Shown: positions 33,157 through 43,199, numbered from the stretch's first letter. The stretch: 64,000 bases of DNA from a virus (IMGVR_UViG_3300021478_000019:32001-96000); one strand, 5' to 3'. Notes: generated by a model from the letters alone, not told the origin. A program made the numbers and translations.

Positions 33157-33197
33157 AAGTCAGGAGCCACCTTGAGCCCGGCGCAGAAATAATCAGG

Positions 33198-33234
33198 AAA
33201 AAAATACGGTGCCCCTCTGGGGAAAGGGGCACCG
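33198..33234 (-). terminator. Intrinsic terminator
   Basis: 10-bp stem CGGTGCCCCT/AGGGGCACCG followed by TATTTTTTT. Confidence 0.85.
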
Positions 33235-33265
33235 CTTAATATCCAACGTCAGGATGGACGAGGTG

Positions 33266-33294
33266 ACTATAACCAAGGTACTGGCAACAAGCAA
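33266..33294 (-). promoter_or_regulatory. SigA-type promoter just upstream of the terminator
   Basis: TTGCTT-N17-TATAGT. Confidence 0.6.
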
Positions 33295-33298
33295 GCAC

Positions 33299-33610
33299 CT
33301 ATCTGGACCGACGACTTTGGGACCTGGTCATGACCGCGCTCACCATGTCGTCGCGGTGGGAGCGCAGCACGGTGTCGACGGCGTGGGCCAGGGCAGCCAT
33401 GCCAGCTGCGCCCAGGGCGACAAACGTCCTGGTAGTGGCACTATAGTGCGGAATCAGTAGTACCAATACGGCACAAACGACCAGGTTCACAAAGGATTTC
33501 ATCCAGGCCACCTGGTGCAGACCCACCCGGCTGGCCACCTCCTTGTACAGCTGCGTCAGCTTCATCGACCCCAGGCCGATGATCAGTACATACCCCAGTA
33601 CCGTCCCCAT
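33299..33610 (-). CDS. Membrane protein, possible holin
   Basis: About three hydrophobic segments and a basic C-terminus; last gene of the tail operon. Confidence 0.55.
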   Translation of the reverse strand: MGTVLGYVLIIGLGSMKLTQLYKEVASRVGLHQVAWMKSFVNLVVCAVLVLLIPHYSATTRTFVALGAAGMAALAHAVDTVLRSHRDDMVSAVMTRSQSRRSR

Positions 33611-36600
33611 CACCACAAGGTGGGGTCGAGGGGGGGTGCGGTGTTGCCGCTGCCGAAGCTGACGGTGTAGGAGGAGCCCATGGGCACGAAGCGGTATAGC
33701 TCGGCCCGGAGGCGGGTGCTGCGGGCGTTCAGGCCCCGGTAGTAGTAGGTGGCGCCGCTGGAGCCCTGGGTGTAGTCCGGGTTGCCGGCGTACATCGAGA
33801 AGTCCATGTAGTCGGGCATGGTGGCGCCAGGGGCCAGCATGGCCGAGTTGAGCAGGAAGCTGGTGCCCGGCCCGGCCTGGGGGAAGCGAATGAAGGGGTA
33901 CACCTGGTTGGCCGGCACGTTGGTACTCTGCTCGACCGGCGTCTCGCCCCGGATGGAGTTGTCCGGGGGGAACTGGTAGCGCACGAAGCCCTGGGTCAGC
34001 GGGAAGGTGTCGTAGTCCTCGTACCAGGTGCCATCGGGGAAGTACCAGCGCAGGCCGATCCGCATGGCTGCCATGGAGGGGTCGGGGGCGTTCATGTACC
34101 TGGCGTAGATACTGAAATTCAGCAGCTGGCCCGGTACCGCCGCGAATCCGTTGACATTATTGGTTTGCGGGGGCTGGGCCTGCACGAACCAGTTGCCGCC
34201 CACCATGGCCGTGCCCAGGTAGAAGTAGCCCTGGTTGATGAAGAACCAGTTGTTGGGGGAGGTGGTGCTGCTGGCGGGATCCATCCAGGGCCGGATGGCG
34301 CCTGGGCCCAGGGTGGCGCCGCCGAACCAGTCGTTGTTGGGATCGGCCCACCATCCTGCCGGCAAGGTAGGAGGAGGCTGGGTGAAGGTGAGGACTTCCC
34401 CGGCCCACACCACAGCGCGCTGGTCGACCGGGTTGACCTGGAGGGATCCGATGCCATGCACCGTGAACGCTCCCGGTGGCTCATCCGGCGAGGTGTAGTG
34501 GATGTAGAGGGGGGTGGAGGCGATGCTGGTCGGAACCGGGGGCGGGGCTCCCAGGAAGACGCCGAGGTCGTCCCAGTAGTGGACTTCTCCCGCGGCATGC
34601 ACGGTGACCACGGTGGGCCACAAGGTCACGTAGGCGGCGTTGGCAGGCACGGTGCCGGTGACCGCTACCTCGGTCCACACCGAGGTGGCCGGGTTGCTGG
34701 TGGCGACTACGTCGGTGACGGCGGTGCCGGTCACGCCCGACACGAAGCCCCCGGCGGCGTTGTAGAAGTTCATGGTCAGGCAGCACGGCTCGGCGGTGGC
34801 GCCGGCCAGGGCCCAGGCCGTGGCGGTGAGAACCTGGGCGGGGACGACCGAGTACTTGGTGACAGAGACGGGCCCGAAGTACGCAGCCCCGCTGGCCACC
34901 GTCGAGGTCATCTGCACGCTGGAGTTCCCATTGTGGTACTGGTTGTGGCTCACGGCGATGGTGCAGCCGGCGGGGTTCCCCCAGTCTCCCCCGAGGCTGC
35001 CGGTCTCCAACGTGGAGGCGTTGTAGGTCAGCATGTTGGTGGGATCGAGGGCGGCAGACCAGCCGTCGAAGCCGATCAGCTGGGTGGTTGGCACGTAGGT
35101 GCCGAAGCTGGTCAACGGGTTGGACAGCAGGTTGGTGCCCTGGGGCGACAGGATGATCTTGGTGTCGCGGGGGTAGTCGTAGACCGGGGTGTCGACGCCG
35201 ATCTTGTTGGGCGGGCAGGGCCAGATCATGCCCAGGGTGATGTAGTGGGCCTCACCACCGGCTGCGGAGATGATCCGCAGCCGGGGGTAGATCCAGTAAT
35301 ACCCCGTGGTCACGGTAGTGGTGCCGTCCGAGTTGTAGACGGTGGTGTAGGGGTTGAGGGTGGCCGTGACCTGAAACTGCTTCCAGTCATGCAGCGTGCT
35401 GGTGACCGTCGTCGCGGCTCCGATAGCGATAGGACTGCCGTTGCCAACGTCGCCCCAGATCGATAGCTCGACGGAGCGAGCCACGCTCGACCACACCTGG
35501 ATCTGGAAGGTGACGGTGCCGGGCCCGTCGATGCCCGACAGGAAGTCCAGCACCGGGATGGGGTCGGTGGTGATGTCGATGACACTGGTCAGAGTCACCT
35601 GGGCCCGCATACCGGTGTTGTTGTAGGGCGGCGGGTTCCCCCCCACCGGGGGCTGGAAGCCGATGATCTTGGTGGGGTTGGTCATGCTCGCCACCGTCAG
35701 CAGGTTGGGGATCTGCGTCAGGGTGAGCCCGGAGTTGGTGCCGCTCGGGATGGGGAAGGTCTTGAGCCCCACGTCCGAGGGGGGCGGGGGCCAGGACTGC
35801 CAGGTGCCGATGGAGGAGTCCATGACGCTGTCGTCCCGAGTCAGCATCAGGTTGTAGCCGTGATGCACGATCTGCGCCATCGGGTAGCTGGTCATGATGG
35901 AGGCGAACTCGGTGATGCCCCGCGGCGAGCCCTTCAGCTTGTAGAGGTGGATGGCGTTGGCGATCAGCTGGCGTTCCTGCTGCATGCCGATCTCGGGCTC
36001 GTTGGGCAGCCCCACTTGGAAGGCCAGCAGTGGCAGTAGGGCCCCGGAGCAGTTCAGGGCGTCGTTGACACTGGTGAGGGACTCAAGCTCGGTGCGGATG
36101 AAGTCCAACTCAAAGCCCAGCATGGCCAGGTAGCGCTGGAGTGGCGGCTGTGCATCGCTGCCGTCAACAGCCCAAGGATTGTAGGGGTCGACGAGTACGA
36201 AATCCTGGTCCCGGTAGGCGCCGGGCAGCAGTTCGTACATCCGGTTGCCGTAGCCCCAGTTGATGGGGAGCAGGGCGATCAGGTCGGTGCAGCGAACCCA
36301 GACCAGGTTCTTGGCATCCCAGCCCCACATGGTGTAGTAGTTGAAGCCCGGCGTGGGACCGACATCGGTATAGCTGGTGGCTTGGCCGACCGGCTGATTG
36401 AAAATGATCAGGCCATCGGTCTCGTCCTGAGGCAGGTTGTGACTATTTATGACCAGCTGCAGGATGGTGCATTGAGTGGACTGCGGCTTGCGCCAGGTCA
36501 GGTGCAGGGTGGTGTAGTTGAGGGGCGTGGAGACGAAGGGGGCGACTGAGAAGTCCGGTCGGGCCAGGTTGGGGTCGAGCCCGAAGCGAGCGGTCCCGTA

Positions 36601-36624
36601 GATGTTGGCGCCATAGACGGCCAC
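33610..36624 (-). CDS. Baseplate wedge/tail protein (P2 gpI-like domain) with carbohydrate-binding-like modules
   Basis: LLP..YR..D...L.RYL...GFELD; LLPLLA...G....IANA..LYK.KGS..GI; later jelly-roll-like segments ending YWDD. Confidence 0.75.
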   Translation of the reverse strand: MAVYGANIYGTARFGLDPNLARPDFSVAPFVSTPLNYTTLHLTWRKPQSTQCTILQLVINSHNLPQDETDGLIIFNQPVGQATSYTDVGPTPGFNYYTMWGWDAKNLVWVRCTDLIALLPINWGYGNRMYELLPGAYRDQDFVLVDPYNPWAVDGSDAQPPLQRYLAMLGFELDFIRTELESLTSVNDALNCSGALLPLLAFQVGLPNEPEIGMQQERQLIANAIHLYKLKGSPRGITEFASIMTSYPMAQIVHHGYNLMLTRDDSVMDSSIGTWQSWPPPPSDVGLKTFPIPSGTNSGLTLTQIPNLLTVASMTNPTKIIGFQPPVGGNPPPYNNTGMRAQVTLTSVIDITTDPIPVLDFLSGIDGPGTVTFQIQVWSSVARSVELSIWGDVGNGSPIAIGAATTVTSTLHDWKQFQVTATLNPYTTVYNSDGTTTVTTGYYWIYPRLRIISAAGGEAHYITLGMIWPCPPNKIGVDTPVYDYPRDTKIILSPQGTNLLSNPLTSFGTYVPTTQLIGFDGWSAALDPTNMLTYNASTLETGSLGGDWGNPAGCTIAVSHNQYHNGNSSVQMTSTVASGAAYFGPVSVTKYSVVPAQVLTATAWALAGATAEPCCLTMNFYNAAGGFVSGVTGTAVTDVVATSNPATSVWTEVAVTGTVPANAAYVTLWPTVVTVHAAGEVHYWDDLGVFLGAPPPVPTSIASTPLYIHYTSPDEPPGAFTVHGIGSLQVNPVDQRAVVWAGEVLTFTQPPPTLPAGWWADPNNDWFGGATLGPGAIRPWMDPASSTTSPNNWFFINQGYFYLGTAMVGGNWFVQAQPPQTNNVNGFAAVPGQLLNFSIYARYMNAPDPSMAAMRIGLRWYFPDGTWYEDYDTFPLTQGFVRYQFPPDNSIRGETPVEQSTNVPANQVYPFIRFPQAGPGTSFLLNSAMLAPGATMPDYMDFSMYAGNPDYTQGSSGATYYYRGLNARSTRLRAELYRFVPMGSSYTVSFGSGNTAPPLDPTLW

Positions 36625-36625
36625 G

Positions 36626-37414
36626 TCAGATCCCTATCGCCATCCAGGCCAGGGCCACCAGAGCGCGGGCGTCCACCCGGATGTCCTCAATGAACTGGAT
36701 GATGGCGTATGAGTTGGTGAGCGCCTGGAGGATCAGCTGGTCCTCCATGTACTGGAAGGCGTACCAGCCCAGCATGGACCCACCGGGGAAGGGCAGCTTC
36801 ATGTAGACGAAGCTCATCAGGGCGGTGAAGGGCGGATCGAAGTAGACGGTCAGGTTGCCGTTGTTGTCGCTGCCGCCCCAGGTCTGGCCTCCCTGGATCC
36901 GCAGAGCCTGGCCGGGCCTACCGCGAACGGTGTTCTGATCCAGTTCCGCGGTCACGTAGCCCTGCATCTGGGACGCGGTCACGCCCGTGCCCTGGACCTG
37001 GCCCAGGTTCACCAGGTTGTGGGCGCCTCGGGCGGGCGGGGAGGTGACCGGTGCGCTGAAGCCTCGGGACCCGTCAGCCCGCGGATATTGGTGATGGTCA
37101 TCCGCTCCCAGGTCCAGCAGGTAGCGGTGGTTGTGGCTGTGGGTCCTGGCAGCCTTGTTCTGGTACAACCACACCACCGAGGCGCCGATGGTGGTCTTGC
37201 TGGGGACGGTGAAAGGACGCACCCCAATGGTCTGCTCGATGGCGATGACCTCTTGGTGGATCTGATCGGTGATATGCGCCGAGTCGATGGTGAGGTCGGT
37301 AGTGACCGGCAGGCCGGTGTTGGGATCGAGCCCGGAGGTCAGCATGTGGTTGGCGTCGCCAGGCTGGTCCTGGTAGACGAGAAACTGGGCCAGGGAGGTG
37401 GGGTAGCTGGCCAT
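36626..37414 (-). CDS. Tail fibre-like virion protein
   Basis: I..EV.AIE.T.G; HSHNH...DDH.QY.RADGSRGF; paralogous to the next gene. Confidence 0.7.
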   Translation of the reverse strand: MASYPTSLAQFLVYQDQPGDANHMLTSGLDPNTGLPVTTDLTIDSAHITDQIHQEVIAIEQTIGVRPFTVPSKTTIGASVVWLYQNKAARTHSHNHRYLLDLGADDHHQYPRADGSRGFSAPVTSPPARGAHNLVNLGQVQGTGVTASQMQGYVTAELDQNTVRGRPGQALRIQGGQTWGGSDNNGNLTVYFDPPFTALMSFVYMKLPFPGGSMLGWYAFQYMEDQLILQALTNSYAIIQFIEDIRVDARALVALAWMAIGI

Positions 37415-38220
37415 CAGCTGCCCAACGCGATCCACGAACAGGAGAAGTTCATGTACGGCTGCCAGCTGTAGTCATGGGAGACCTGCACCACCACGGCGTT
37501 TAGGGCGTAGGCCACCAGGGTCACCTGGGCCTCGATCCAGTTGTAGGGCCCGTTGGGGCAGCCGCCGCCACCCGGTGGAGGGAGCTTGGTGCAGGTGAAT
37601 GCTTGCAGGCAAAAGGGGAAGGGCGACGAGAAGGGTATGGTGACCCGCCCATCGCCACCGGTGCAGGCGGTGGTGAGCCCGCCAATGATCTTCCAGGTGC
37701 CGGCGTGAGGAGTGCCCCACAGGGCCTGAGCGCCGGGCGCTCCCACTACCGCTTCCAGGGCGGCGTCGTCCGCGATCTGCTCGGCCTGGGCGGCGTTGAT
37801 GTAGCCGAAGGACTGCACCTGGTGCAGGGTCACCAGGTTGGAGGCGCCGGTGCCGGCGACCCCGTTCACTGGCGCAGTGAAACCCCGCGAACCGTCTGCC
37901 CGAGGGTATTGCAGGTGATCATCACCAGCTGCGTCGCCCGTGAGCAGGTGATGGTCATGGCTGTGGTTGACCGGAGCCTTATTGGTGTAGAGGTCTTGCA
38001 CGGCGCCCGAGAAGGTGACGTAGGGCGTGCCCGAGAACGGCGCTGACCCCAGGGTCTTCTCGATGGAGTACACCTCGTCATGGATCTCGTTGACGCTGTG
38101 GGCCCAGATGACGTCGGTGTAATCGTGATAGGTGGTGAAGACCTTGAGGGCGTTGGGCCACACCGCATTGACGCCTGCTATGGGTGCGGGGCGTTCGCCA
38201 GGTGGGATTGAAACCGACAT
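37414..38220 (-). CDS. Tail fibre-like virion protein
   Basis: HVN-like N-terminal motif SVNEIHDEV..IE.TLG; HSHDH...DDH.QY.RADGSRGF. Confidence 0.7.
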   Translation of the reverse strand: MSVSIPPGERPAPIAGVNAVWPNALKVFTTYHDYTDVIWAHSVNEIHDEVYSIEKTLGSAPFSGTPYVTFSGAVQDLYTNKAPVNHSHDHHLLTGDAAGDDHLQYPRADGSRGFTAPVNGVAGTGASNLVTLHQVQSFGYINAAQAEQIADDAALEAVVGAPGAQALWGTPHAGTWKIIGGLTTACTGGDGRVTIPFSSPFPFCLQAFTCTKLPPPGGGGCPNGPYNWIEAQVTLVAYALNAVVVQVSHDYSWQPYMNFSCSWIALGS

Positions 38221-38223
38221 CGC

Positions 38224-40107
38224 TTAAATTCCTCCCGTCGCAGTCACGGTGACGTTGTTGGCCTGGGGAATTTCGTAGACGTTGCAGACCACGTCACCGA
38301 CGCTCAGGGGAGTGTTCTCATGCCGGCTCAGGACCGTGACCTGGCAGTAGTCCACGCCCTCGACGGCTTGCACGTTGTGGTACACGCTGGACACAGTGAC
38401 CCGGTAGCCGAAGTCGACGACGGAGAACAGCATGAGGTTGTAGATGGCCGCGATGGTGTTGGCCCTGACGCTGGCCTGGTTGTACTGGGGCAACACCTGG
38501 ATCGCTACCGTCACATCCACCGGCACATACCCGACCTGGATGGCACCCAGCTTGTTGTACTGCGGCGCCAGGATTTGGACCGAGGTGCCCACCATCTTCT
38601 TGTCATCCAGGTAGCCGGTGTAGGCCGAGTTGGTGATGGAGGGGGTGAGGTTGGCGACCGCAGTGTTCAAGGCTGAGGGCGGGTTGATGAAGTCCCCGGT
38701 GGGGTGGATATAGATGTTGACGCTGCTGTAGGCCGTCGAGGTGGCGGCAGCCTTGGCCACGCTGGGGTTGTTGAGGACCAGGGCGGCGTAGTCGTCGAGG
38801 GTGACCGCCCGGTTGATGGCCGTGATCGACAGGGGAGCGTGGATGCGGATGTGATCGAGGGTCTCGGCGTCGGCGCCTCCCGACGCACCGGCGGGATTGG
38901 TGACGGCGACGACGTTGGAGATATTGGGAAGAGCGGTGACCAGGTTGGTCAAGGTGTTGGCCGACACGTTCCCAGCGGCGCCCCCACCTATCGTATATGC
39001 CGCGGTGATGGTGGATCCAGGGATGGGTACTCGACCATTTATCCCGTCACCGAAGCTGACCGTGACCACCCCGTTGGCGTCGGTGTTGAGGGTGTAGGCC
39101 AACTCGGTGGACATGGCGTCGACCAGGCGCTGAAAATAGTTCCAGGTGGCCGGCCCGCCCCCTTCATCGATGGTGATTATTACGCTGCCGTCCACCACCG
39201 GAGTCTGGAACAGGGTGTAGCTCTGCGCCGGCAAGCCAGTGGACGTGCCAATGACCTCACCGGAGGTGCTGACGCCGTGCTGGGCCGGGACACCACCGCC
39301 GGGCTGGGGCGGCATGGTATTGGCGGTGTAGACGGCGCTGGGGACAGCTGGCTGGTAGGTGACCGTGATGGCCACCCCGTTGGCGGGCTTGGCCCCATGC
39401 ACCCCGTCACCGAACTGGATGGTGTTCGGTAGGGGCGAGCCCACCACCGTGAACATGGTGGCGGTGGCTACTTGGCCCGCCAGGTTGTTGCCGGGAGCCA
39501 AGGTCCAGGTGGCGCCGCCCACTGTGACGGTCTGGTTGGCGCCGCCACCGTTGAAGTAATACGGTCCCTGATTCAGCAGGATCTGCTGACCGGCCAGGTT
39601 GGTGCCCGTGGCGGTCTGGGTGGTCGGCGTGAAGTCGCCCCAGATGTAGGCGTCCTGGGTGGTCTCAAAGGTGGTGGCGCCGGTACTGGTCAGGTCTCCT
39701 TGCACCTGGGTGCCCGCCGGGATGAGGACCGTGGGGCAGGGCGCGGTGACACTGAACTGCAACATGACCAGAGCGGAGACGTTGCCGTAGGGGGTGTAGT
39801 CGAGCAGCGAGGCCAGGTTGAGGACCGACTGGCGCTGCTGGGCCGTGGCCAGGAAGGCTTCGTTGGCGATCCGGTCGCTGTAGAAGTTGATGATGTCGCC
39901 CATGTAGCTGAACAACTCGATCAACACGATGCCGAAGTCGCCGGGAGAACGGTCAGTCCACTCGGGCAGATAGGTCGGGATCAGGTTGATCAGGTCGTTG
40001 ACCAGGCTGCCGTAATCCCGGCTGGTGTAGTCGACCTGGGGGATGGTGGACAGGCTCGGTATGACATCGGCCAAGGTTCCCGCGATGGCACTGGGCACCA
40101 TGGTCAT
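38224..40107 (-). CDS. Baseplate J-like (gp6-type) wedge protein
   Basis: DYTSRDY..L...LPEWTD....DFG..L.ELFSY.GD...FY.DR.ANE.FL.TA; FGDG..G..P; GGG..GNV; RAVTL.DY. Confidence 0.92.
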   Translation of the reverse strand: MTMVPSAIAGTLADVIPSLSTIPQVDYTSRDYGSLVNDLINLIPTYLPEWTDRSPGDFGIVLIELFSYMGDIINFYSDRIANEAFLATAQQRQSVLNLASLLDYTPYGNVSALVMLQFSVTAPCPTVLIPAGTQVQGDLTSTGATTFETTQDAYIWGDFTPTTQTATGTNLAGQQILLNQGPYYFNGGGANQTVTVGGATWTLAPGNNLAGQVATATMFTVVGSPLPNTIQFGDGVHGAKPANGVAITVTYQPAVPSAVYTANTMPPQPGGGVPAQHGVSTSGEVIGTSTGLPAQSYTLFQTPVVDGSVIITIDEGGGPATWNYFQRLVDAMSTELAYTLNTDANGVVTVSFGDGINGRVPIPGSTITAAYTIGGGAAGNVSANTLTNLVTALPNISNVVAVTNPAGASGGADAETLDHIRIHAPLSITAINRAVTLDDYAALVLNNPSVAKAAATSTAYSSVNIYIHPTGDFINPPSALNTAVANLTPSITNSAYTGYLDDKKMVGTSVQILAPQYNKLGAIQVGYVPVDVTVAIQVLPQYNQASVRANTIAAIYNLMLFSVVDFGYRVTVSSVYHNVQAVEGVDYCQVTVLSRHENTPLSVGDVVCNVYEIPQANNVTVTATGGI

Positions 40108-40979
40108 GACATGACCTCGACGCCGATGCCGCCCATCGAGAAGGCGATGGTATGGCGGGTGGGTGAGACTCCTACCGAGAAATGAACGGTCACGTTGGCG
40201 AGGCCGGCATTGAAGAGATCCGGCGTCATGGAGATCTCGTTGATGGTGATGTTGGGCTCCCAGGCTTGGAGGCTCTGCTGCGTGGCCGAAATAATGGTCT
40301 GCTCGACGAAGGGGTCATTGCTCTCAAAGACGAAGCTTCGCAGGCCGGCTCCATACCCCGGTCGCATGACTCGTTCTCCGGGGCTGGTCAGCAGGAGAGC
40401 CAGGATGTGGTTCTGGGCCCACAGGACCGGGTCGGTGTCGTAGGCCACTCCTCCACCGGTCCCTAGCTTGAGCGGCAGCACGCTCCACGGGATGATGGGA
40501 TTGCCATTGGTGTCCAGCATCGGGTTGCCGTTGTCGTCGAGGGGGCTGCTACCGGGTGGCACTCCGCTGCTGGCCACCGTGGCCATCCATGACTGGTTCA
40601 TATACAGGACGGCGTCGTTGACGTTGTACTGGGTGCTGGCGTTCCAGTTGACCACGTTGGCCCAGGGGTAGATTGGGTTGCCGTTGATGTCGGTGATGGG
40701 GTCACCGTTGTCGTCGAGCATGGGACTGAGCGGTGGCACGCCCGTGACCGCCTGGCTGGTCGTCCACACCATGTTGTTGTACATGACGGCGTCGTTGACG
40801 TTGTAGCTGGCGCCCGGATCGTAGAACCCAGGAGGACTAGCAGTGCCCGGCGCCCAGTTGAGGGCGGGCATTCCGACTTGTCCCTGAACAGCAACAGTGC
40901 TGCCGCCGATACGGAAGGGCTGGGCCATCTCCCAGGTCTGGGGCAGCTGGCGGAAATTGGAAGGGACCCAGAAGCTCAT
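40104..40979 (-). CDS. gp25/GPW-like baseplate protein with two N-terminal CBM5/12-like repeats
   Basis: LLLTSPGERVMRPGYG.GL...FE...WEP.I; repeats Y.VND.V.Y....W. Confidence 0.85.
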   Translation of the reverse strand: MSFWVPSNFRQLPQTWEMAQPFRIGGSTVAVQGQVGMPALNWAPGTASPPGFYDPGASYNVNDAVMYNNMVWTTSQAVTGVPPLSPMLDDNGDPITDINGNPIYPWANVVNWNASTQYNVNDAVLYMNQSWMATVASSGVPPGSSPLDDNGNPMLDTNGNPIIPWSVLPLKLGTGGGVAYDTDPVLWAQNHILALLLTSPGERVMRPGYGAGLRSFVFESNDPFVEQTIISATQQSLQAWEPNITINEISMTPDLFNAGLANVTVHFSVGVSPTRHTIAFSMGGIGVEVMS

Positions 40980-41788
40980 ACCATTGCTCTGACGACGAAG
41001 TAGGCCCGGTCTGCTCCGACGTAGCCCTGGAGCCCAGTGACAGAACACTGATGCTGAACCTGGAGAGTGTCCCCAGCCTTGCAGGGAATGACGTCAGTCG
41101 CCTGGCATACCTGGGCGGCACCGGCAATGGTGCTGTCAGGCGTGCCATTCCAGGCGGTCGAGACGTTATTGTGCATCAGATGGACGTTGTACCACTGGTT
41201 GGCGCCGGTGGTGGCAAAGCCCACCTGGGCATGGACGAGATAGTCGGCGGCGTAAGGGCAAACGAAGGTGGTCCCGCCACTCCAGTTGCTGCCGTATTCA
41301 ATGGTGTCGAAGCCGTAGATGGTGGGGGTCGTAGAGGTGCCATAGCCCGCAACCCGGTGGGCCTTGCCTCGGGCTGCCTTACCTGGCACCGCGTTGGCGA
41401 ACTGACGAACATCACCAAGACTGGTTCCGGTGATGACCCAGAGCGGGATCTCGTAGATGTCGGTGAGGTTCTGGGTGGGCTGCTGCGGGGTCGGCAGCAG
41501 GGTGAAGATCATCTGCCGGCCCGTGGGATCCATGCGAGCCACTACCGTGCCGTTGGTCACGGCGAGGGCCTTGTTGCCCTGGGTCTCTCCATAGAAGCCG
41601 TCGATCCAGGCCCCACCGGACTGGATGGTCAGTACCCCCCCGGACAGGGTGGCGTTGAACTGATTGAGATAGCCGGGCACCACTCCGCTGCCATAGAACA
41701 GGCGGGCCATGAGCCGCCACCGCGGTTGGCTGGCGTTGAGCCCCTGCCCTTGGTCGAAGGGGAAGAAGCTGTCGAGGGCGATACTCAT
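40976..41788 (-). CDS. Minor tail protein with a C1q/TNF-like C-terminus
   Basis: FFPFD.G...WR.MA....GV, G.A.I.G.Y; FD......F.CP....Y.V...GD.L.V. Confidence 0.7.
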   Translation of the reverse strand: MSIALDSFFPFDQGQGLNASQPRWRLMARLFYGSGVVPGYLNQFNATLSGGVLTIQSGGAWIDGFYGETQGNKALAVTNGTVVARMDPTGRQMIFTLLPTPQQPTQNLTDIYEIPLWVITGTSLGDVRQFANAVPGKAARGKAHRVAGYGTSTTPTIYGFDTIEYGSNWSGGTTFVCPYAADYLVHAQVGFATTGANQWYNVHLMHNNVSTAWNGTPDSTIAGAAQVCQATDVIPCKAGDTLQVQHQCSVTGLQGYVGADRAYFVVRAMV

Positions 41789-42684
41789 GAGGATGCTCCG
41801 AGGTCAATCAGGCGCATGGACAGGGTCATATTGGAGACCTGAATGCCGGGGCCCGGCCCCGCAACTACCAGCCATCCGGCGTTCTTGAGTCCCGTAGTCA
41901 CCGGGATCACACCTGACAAAGTGATGGGCAGGGCGAGTGTCTGCAGGGACATGCCCGCCCCCCAGGCTGAGTTGCCCGGTTGCATAGCGGTGGTCGGTGC
42001 CAGCTGGGCTTGACCCGCGACACCTTGCTGATAGGTCAGCTGACAGGAAGCGGTCTGGGCCGCGGACAAGTCGGTGAGGGTGATCATGGCTGAGCCCTCG
42101 ATCTTGGCCCAGCCGGCATAGGGCACTCGGGCCACCATGAACTGAGCCATGACCAGCGGACTGGTGCCTCCCGTGGCAATGGATATGGGGCCGTCAAGGC
42201 GACCGGCCCAGGTCACGCCTTGACCACCGATGATGAAGGTCCGTAGGTCGGTCAAGGTGGCGCCGCCGGTGACCAGCCATAGCGGGATCTCCCAGAGGCT
42301 GAGGGATTGCGTGTAGCCGGAATAGTCGGTGGCGCCGCTCTTGTAGTAGATGGAGCAGATCTCGTTGACGAGGTCCACCCCGGCCACGATGGTGCCGTTG
42401 CCGGTGACGCTGACGACGTTCTGGGGGGCCATCACTTCGGCGTAGTAGCCGTGAATGAACGCCGCACCGGGCTGGATGGTCACCGTGTTGCTGGCGATGG
42501 TGGCGAACAGCTGGGTTACGGTGGAGACACCGGTGGGATAGTTCTGGAGGACCCCGTCTGGGCACCACAGCTGAGCCATCTTGCGCCAGCGGGCGCTGTT
42601 GGCCGAGGCCCCGAATCCCTTGTCGAAGGGAAAATACTCATCGAAGTTCGGCACTACTGACCCTGCCCCGTCAGGTTTTGCCAC
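41785..42684 (-). CDS. Minor tail protein; N-terminal domain paralogous to 40976..41788
   Basis: YFPFD.G...RWR.MA.L...GV; WEIPLW.V......D.R.F. Confidence 0.7.
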   Translation of the reverse strand: MAKPDGAGSVVPNFDEYFPFDKGFGASANSARWRKMAQLWCPDGVLQNYPTGVSTVTQLFATIASNTVTIQPGAAFIHGYYAEVMAPQNVVSVTGNGTIVAGVDLVNEICSIYYKSGATDYSGYTQSLSLWEIPLWLVTGGATLTDLRTFIIGGQGVTWAGRLDGPISIATGGTSPLVMAQFMVARVPYAGWAKIEGSAMITLTDLSAAQTASCQLTYQQGVAGQAQLAPTTAMQPGNSAWGAGMSLQTLALPITLSGVIPVTTGLKNAGWLVVAGPGPGIQVSNMTLSMRLIDLGASS

Positions 42685-43196
42685 TTCTGGCGGTGCTGTT
42701 CCGACACTGACGGCCCACTGCCGGGAACACCAGAGAAGGGCGCCCAGTAGCCAGGCTTTCCTGCTCCTTGCTCACCACCCGCACGCATTGCTTCGTCGAT
42801 GCCCATGGGCTCGGTGACCGTGCTACCGCCGTGTTCCTCAGCTTCCAGGGCTCCTGGGTCGAGCCCGGTCTGGGGCCGGCGGGTCTGGGCCCGGAAGTAG
42901 TCGTTCAGGTGGGACGGGGTCTGGGGCAACCCCAGGGTGTGGCGCAGCGCCGCGCCCAGGCCGGCGTGGCGGAAGTAGTTGGCCTTCTGGTTCTGGTCGA
43001 GGACCCTGCCGACCTGCTTGCGGACATCGGGGGTCAGCAGCTGCCGCCTGTTGGTGTTGCGCCCCATCCCGGTGTTGGGCTCAAGCCCGCCAGTGCCAGG
43101 GATGATCTGGGCCTCACCGGTGAGAGGCGGCCTACCCGGCCTCCAGTTGACGTCGCCGGGACCCTCCGGGCCAGTGCGTGGAGCTATGTCGGACAT
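42654..43196 (-). CDS. Gly/Pro-rich hypothetical protein
   Basis: RBS GGAG; in the structural gene chain. Confidence 0.6.
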   Translation of the reverse strand: MSDIAPRTGPEGPGDVNWRPGRPPLTGEAQIIPGTGGLEPNTGMGRNTNRRQLLTPDVRKQVGRVLDQNQKANYFRHAGLGAALRHTLGLPQTPSHLNDYFRAQTRRPQTGLDPGALEAEEHGGSTVTEPMGIDEAMRAGGEQGAGKPGYWAPFSGVPGSGPSVSEQHRQKWQNLTGQGQ

Positions 43197-43199
43197 GGG

